From Deltaproteobacteria bacterium (GTDB taxonomy: Bacteria; Myxococcota_A; Polyangia; Fen-1088), in the NCBI GenBank assembly GCA_033763315.1, contig JANRKS010000006.1:160001-224000 (forward strand): a stretch of 64,000 nucleotides of DNA, written 5' to 3'. A program made the position numbers and the translations under genes. How positions within the stretch are numbered: the first letter of the stretch is position 1; each line of letters begins with the position of its first letter. The notes below the pieces were generated by a model. The model ran no database searches. It saw nothing but the letters and a program-made list of their open reading frames with translations, and was not told where the DNA came from. This document shows, piece after piece, positions 59,624 to 64,000 of the stretch.

Positions 59624-60733
59624 ATGATGATGACCGTGACCACGCTAGGAATTCGTCGCTCTTGCGGGCAGCTCTTCTCTCTGGGATTTGAAGGCACGGC
59701 GGCACCCGCTGCCTTGTTGGCGCGCATACGCGCGGGCGAGGTGGGCGCGGTGATGTTATTCCGGCCCAACGTCGAAACTCCCGCGCAAGTGGCGGGCCTG
59801 GTGGGCCGGCTGCGTGAGGCCGCGCACGCCGATGCGCCGCTCGTGGTTTCTGTGGATCAAGAAGGGGGCCGCGTGCAGCGCTTGCGAAGCCCACTCACCG
59901 AATGGCCACCCATGGGAATCGTGGGCTTAGAGCCCGATCTGCAGCGGATCGAGACCGCAGGCGCGTTCCTGGGCGCTGAGCTTGCGGCGCTGGGCATCGG
60001 TTGGAACCTTGCGCCTGTTTTGGATGTACACACGAACCCAGCGAACCCCGTCATTGGCGATCGCGCCTTCGCCACCACAGCCGAAGGTGTGGCGCGCGCC
60101 GCGATCGCGTTTTGGAAGGGGCTTCGCAAAGCGGGCGTGGCAGGGTGCGGAAAACATTTTCCCGGCCATGGCGACACGCACCTTGATTCGCACCACGATT
60201 TACCAATCGTCGAACACGATGAGGCGCGTTTGCGTGCGGTGGAACTGGCGCCCTTCGTGGCAGCCGTGGCGGCCGGTTTTCCCGCGTTGATGACAGCGCA
60301 CGTCGTTTATCCCGCCTGGGACAAAGATGTTCCCGCAACGCTCTCGAAGCGGATCGCCACGGACCTGCTTCGTCACGAGCTTGGCTTCAAAGGCCTTTTG
60401 GTCTCAGATGATCTGCAAATGAAGGCTGTGGCCGATCGCTACAGCACGCGCGATTTGATTATCGAATCGTTGCTGGCGGGCGTGGATCACTTTCTGATAC
60501 GCGGTCCCGAGGATCGGCAGCGTGAAGCATACGAGGCGTTGGTGACCGCGGCCGAAGGCAACGCCGCCGTGGCCGCACGTGTGAACGAAGCGGCCGCGCG
60601 TGTGGCGGCTTTCAAGCAAACGATTCAGGTGGGCCTGCCCTTGCCCGGAGCCATGTTGCCTTCGGTGTTAGGCACACCCGCCCACAAGGCGCTGGCGGGG
60701 CATTTCCGCAAGTTGGCGGACGCGCCGTCCTAG
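59624..60733 (+). CDS. nagZ: Beta-N-acetylhexosaminidase (GH3)
   Basis: DQEGGRVQR, APVLDV, KHFPGHGDTHLDSH, SDDLQM. Confidence 0.94.
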   Translation: MMMTVTTLGIRRSCGQLFSLGFEGTAAPAALLARIRAGEVGAVMLFRPNVETPAQVAGLVGRLREAAHADAPLVVSVDQEGGRVQRLRSPLTEWPPMGIVGLEPDLQRIETAGAFLGAELAALGIGWNLAPVLDVHTNPANPVIGDRAFATTAEGVARAAIAFWKGLRKAGVAGCGKHFPGHGDTHLDSHHDLPIVEHDEARLRAVELAPFVAAVAAGFPALMTAHVVYPAWDKDVPATLSKRIATDLLRHELGFKGLLVSDDLQMKAVADRYSTRDLIIESLLAGVDHFLIRGPEDRQREAYEALVTAAEGNAAVAARVNEAAARVAAFKQTIQVGLPLPGAMLPSVLGTPAHKALAGHFRKLADAPS

Positions 60734-61764
60734 GTCACGGTCCACGAGCCGGCGTCAAGCAGCTGCTGCAGCGTCTTCTTGTTGCCCTTGGTGGCGGCAT
60801 CAACCTGTTCGTTCATCATGCGGTCATAGCTTGGGCGCTCGGCCGAGCGGAACACGCCGATGGGCACAGGAAATTCCGGGTGTCGCAGGCGGCTCACGAT
60901 GAGCGACAACACTTCGTTCGTTTCGTCGTGCACCAACAACTTATCTTCGCCATACGTGGCCACGTCCACGATCTGCGGCCGCATCGACGCATCAAGCGCG
61001 ACGCCTTTTTCGCCGTTGGCGCCAAAGCGCAGCGGTTTGCCGTGCTCCATCGCCAAGACGTGATCGTCTTTGGTGCTCTTGTCGGTCATGTAATCGAAGG
61101 CGGCATCGTTGAAGATCGGGCAGTTTTGATAGATCTCCACGAAGGCCGTGCCTTGGTGTTGTGAGGCGCGCTTGAGCGTCTCCGCGATGTGCTTAACGTT
61201 CACGTCCACCGTGCGCGCCACGAACGTTGCGCCCGCACCTAGGGCCACGCTGACGGGATCCAAGGGGTAATCCACCGAGCCGAGCGGCGTGGACTTGGCC
61301 TTTTTGCCCAGCGGCGACGTAGGGCTGTATTGGCCTTTCGTCAAACCGTAGATCTGGTTGTTGAACATCAAGATCTTCACGTCAACGTTGCGGCGAAGCA
61401 CGTGCAGCAAGTGGTTGCCGCCGATCGAAAGGCCATCGCCATCGCCCGTGACCATCCACACGGTGAGATCGGGGCGCACCGCTTTGATGCCCGTGGCCAC
61501 CGCCGGCGCGCGGCCGTGAATGCTGTGAATGCCGTACGTGTTCATGTAGTAAGGAAAGCGACTGGAGCAGCCGATGCCGCTGACAAACACGATGTTCTCG
61601 CGCGAGATGCCAAGCGACGGCATCAGCTTTTGCACCTGCGCCAAGATGGCGTAATCGCCGCAGCCTGGGCACCAACGGACGTCTTGGTCCGACGTGAACT
61701 CTTGCTTCGTTTGCCCCGTGGGATCGGTGTGAACGACGTTTGGGTATACCGTTTGGGTGGGCAT
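60730..61764 (-). CDS. korB: 2-oxoacid:ferredoxin oxidoreductase beta subunit
   Basis: WCPGCGD, SGIGCSSR, HGRA, GDGD..SIGGNH, NN.IYGLTKGQ. Confidence 0.93.
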   Translation of the reverse strand: MPTQTVYPNVVHTDPTGQTKQEFTSDQDVRWCPGCGDYAILAQVQKLMPSLGISRENIVFVSGIGCSSRFPYYMNTYGIHSIHGRAPAVATGIKAVRPDLTVWMVTGDGDGLSIGGNHLLHVLRRNVDVKILMFNNQIYGLTKGQYSPTSPLGKKAKSTPLGSVDYPLDPVSVALGAGATFVARTVDVNVKHIAETLKRASQHQGTAFVEIYQNCPIFNDAAFDYMTDKSTKDDHVLAMEHGKPLRFGANGEKGVALDASMRPQIVDVATYGEDKLLVHDETNEVLSLIVSRLRHPEFPVPIGVFRSAERPSYDRMMNEQVDAATKGNKKTLQQLLDAGSWTVT

Positions 61765-63612
61765 TTAGTTGGCCTCGAGCAGCGAAGTGATGGCCTTGGC
61801 GATCTCGGTTTCCCGAAACGGCGTGCCTTGGATCTTTGTGTGACTGTGAATGGGTTGGCCGGGGTAACGGTTGCGCAGCAGCACAGACAGCTGCCCCAGG
61901 TTCATTTCAGGCACCATCACGCGCTTGAAACGCTTCATGATGTCTTCCAGATCGTTGGGCAGTGGGTTGAGGTGTTGTAACTGAACGTGGCCCACCTTGT
62001 GACCGCGCAGTTGCACACGGTGAATGCCGCCAGCGATCGAGCCATAGGTTGAGCCCCAGCCCAGCACCAACAGATCGCCTTCCTGAGCGCCTTCCACCAG
62101 TGTGGGCGGCAGGCTGTTCGCCACGCGCGCCACTTTCTCAGCGCGCAGGCGGCACATCGCTTCGTGGTTGGGGCCGTCGTAGCTGATGTTGCCGGTGAGG
62201 TTTTCTTTTTCGATGCCGCCCACGCGGTGTTCAAGGCCGGGCGTGCCGGGTATCGCCCACGGGCGCGCCAAATTGTCGTCGCGCAGGTAAGGCTTAAAGC
62301 CTTCCGTTTCGGTGCGGAACTTCACCGGGATCGGCGGCAGCTTGCTCACGTCTGGCACGGGCCATGGCTCAGCGCCGTTGGCCACATAACCATCGGTCAA
62401 CAAGATCACCGGCGTCATGTACGTAACCGCGATGCGCGCGGCTTCGATGGCCGCGTGAAAACAATCGCCAGGCGTGCGGGCGGAAAGCACAGGCAGGGGG
62501 CACTCGCCGTTGCGGCCAAACATGGCTTGCAACAGATCCGCTTGCTCCGTCTTCGTGGGCATGCCGGTCGAAGGGCCCGCGCGCTGCACGTTGATCACCA
62601 CCATGGGCAATTCAAGCATCACGGCCAGGCCGATGGCTTCGGCTTTGAGCGCCATGCCGGGCCCGCTCGTGGTCGTGGCGGCCAGCGCGCCAGAATAGGC
62701 GGCGCCCACGCACGCGCACACGGCGGCGATTTCATCTTCGGCCTGCAAGGTGCGTACGCCCATGTGCTTCATGTTCGAAAGCATGTGAAGCACATCGGAG
62801 GCGGGCGTGATTGGGTACGATCCCAAGAACAGGTTGAGGCCTGTCAACTCAGAGGCCGCCATCAGGCCCAAGGCCAACCCTTCGTTGCCCGAAATGTTGC
62901 GGTATTTGCCGGGCGCGATCTCCGCTTTGCGAACTTCGTAAGCGTGGTCGAACATCTCGGTGGTTTCGCCGTAGTTGAAGCCGGCCTTGAGCGCGGCGAG
63001 GTTGGCCTCGCTTAAGGTTTTGTCGCTGAACTTACGTTGGATCCACGAGATCGTGGCGTCCATGTTGCGGCTGAACAGCCAGTAGACGATGCCCAACGCG
63101 TAGAAGTTTCGGCAGCGGGTGGCGGCGCGGTGATCAAGTTTGAACTCGCGCACGGCGGCCAACGTTTGGCCCGTGATGTCCACCTTGAACAAGCGATAAG
63201 CGCCGACGATGTTGCTATCGAGCGGGTTCTCTTTATAGCCCGCGCGTTCCAAATTCTTGGCGTTGAAGGCCTCGCTGTTGACCAGCAAGATGCCGCCTTC
63301 TTTGAGATCTTTCAGATTGCGTTTGAGCGCCGCCGGGTTCATCGCCACCAACACGTCAAGCACGTCGCCGGAGGTAAATACGGCGTTGCTTGAGAAGTTG
63401 ATTTGGTAGCCCGATACACCCGCGAGGCTTCCGGCCGGCGCGCGAATCTCGGCGGGGAAGTCTGGCAACGTCGATAAATCGTTGCCCGCAAGTGCGGTGG
63501 TGGACGTAAATTGTGTTCCCACAAGCTGCATGCCGTCGCCCGAGTCTCCGGCGAACCGGATGGCAACAGAATCTACCTGCTCGTGGGGTTTGCCTGCGGC
63601 GGAAGTACCCAT
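61765..63612 (-). CDS. korA: 2-oxoacid:ferredoxin oxidoreductase alpha subunit (gamma-alpha fusion)
   Basis: FAGDSGDGMQL, FPAEIRAP, YPITPAS, QAEDEIAA, TSGPG, QRAGPSTG. Start set at ATG 63612. Confidence 0.93.
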   Translation of the reverse strand: MGTSAAGKPHEQVDSVAIRFAGDSGDGMQLVGTQFTSTTALAGNDLSTLPDFPAEIRAPAGSLAGVSGYQINFSSNAVFTSGDVLDVLVAMNPAALKRNLKDLKEGGILLVNSEAFNAKNLERAGYKENPLDSNIVGAYRLFKVDITGQTLAAVREFKLDHRAATRCRNFYALGIVYWLFSRNMDATISWIQRKFSDKTLSEANLAALKAGFNYGETTEMFDHAYEVRKAEIAPGKYRNISGNEGLALGLMAASELTGLNLFLGSYPITPASDVLHMLSNMKHMGVRTLQAEDEIAAVCACVGAAYSGALAATTTSGPGMALKAEAIGLAVMLELPMVVINVQRAGPSTGMPTKTEQADLLQAMFGRNGECPLPVLSARTPGDCFHAAIEAARIAVTYMTPVILLTDGYVANGAEPWPVPDVSKLPPIPVKFRTETEGFKPYLRDDNLARPWAIPGTPGLEHRVGGIEKENLTGNISYDGPNHEAMCRLRAEKVARVANSLPPTLVEGAQEGDLLVLGWGSTYGSIAGGIHRVQLRGHKVGHVQLQHLNPLPNDLEDIMKRFKRVMVPEMNLGQLSVLLRNRYPGQPIHSHTKIQGTPFRETEIAKAITSLLEAN

Positions 63613-63691
63613 GGTCGCGGTGGTGAGGAAGCGCGTTCTTAGCGCAACCATGTGTGCACTGCAAGAACACGCAACCGCGGAACCCTTGTGT

Positions 63692-64000
63692 TTATGCGGG
63701 CTTTGTGAAACCGCGCAGACCTTGCGGCCGACGGCGCAGCGTGACGAGTGATTCAGCCAGGAGCAACGCCATGAGCGCCATGGCCACCCCATGCCATAGC
63801 GGCACCTTATGCTTGGGCCGCGTGGCCTGGCCGTCGCCCCTGGGCGTGCCCGCGTCGGCGGCGCGCGTGGCTGGGTTGGATTCCTGCGGATCGAGGTTGA
63901 CGACGAAGGTGCGGTTGGGATCTTCGGTGCGGTTGGCGTCGGCCGCCATCCCCGCGCGCACGTGGTACACGCCCGGCACCAATGTATCGGTGAAGGGCAC
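63692..64000 (-). CDS. C-terminal fragment of a membrane-anchored protein (BatA/VWA-associated type)
   Basis: PGVYHV...FVVNLDPQES...PLW...LLLAE TM tail; 5' part lies outside the window. Confidence 0.6.
   Translation of the reverse strand: MPFTDTLVPGVYHVRAGMAADANRTEDPNRTFVVNLDPQESNPATRAADAGTPRGDGQATRPKHKVPLWHGVAMALMALLLAESLVTLRRRPQGLRGFTKPA

Noticed and set aside
63692-63800. MYXO-CTERM sorting signal in the last partial ORF
   Set aside because: It has a TM plus Arg tail but lacks the preceding GC motif and fits the PLW...LLxE tail better.

Overview
GC-rich, gene-dense chromosomal window that looks myxobacterial (Myxococcota). This is inferred from a TIGR04551-like outer-membrane protein, a myxobacterial-style caspase/beta-barrel protein, a DUF1552 protein and an ACIII-caa3 cluster. 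Left to right: a truncated MEDS-domain gene missed by the ORF track; nrdR-ribD-ribE-ribB(X)-ribH-nusB; a thiS::thiG fusion and thiE; csp; an exported protein with an ECF sigma/anti-sigma pair; a putatively sigma54-driven minor pilin operon (fimU-pilV-pilW-pilX-pilX, no pilY1) running into nagA; pgl, sua5, dapL, an acyltransferase, DUF1015 and tRNA-Leu(TAG); two small ORFs; a coupled lipoprotein and exported caspase-like protease with a C-terminal beta-barrel; an orphan DUF1552; several envelope proteins; pyrG followed directly by rpoN-hpf-ptsN-hprK-rapZ-EIIA-ptsH-ptsI, with the usual kdsA/kdsD/kdsC/lptCAB block absent; a beta-propeller lipoprotein and TonB-dependent receptor; complete actABCDEFG-sco-coxBACD; a TPR protein, TIGR04551, mce, nagZ and korBA. 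No CRISPR array, integrase or transposase was seen. The best candidates for undescribed systems are the dual-PilX, PilY1-less pilin tip operon, the lipoprotein-caspase-barrel pair and the collapsed pyrG-rpoN junction (possible LPS-less envelope). All family calls come from recognising motifs by eye, not from database searches.
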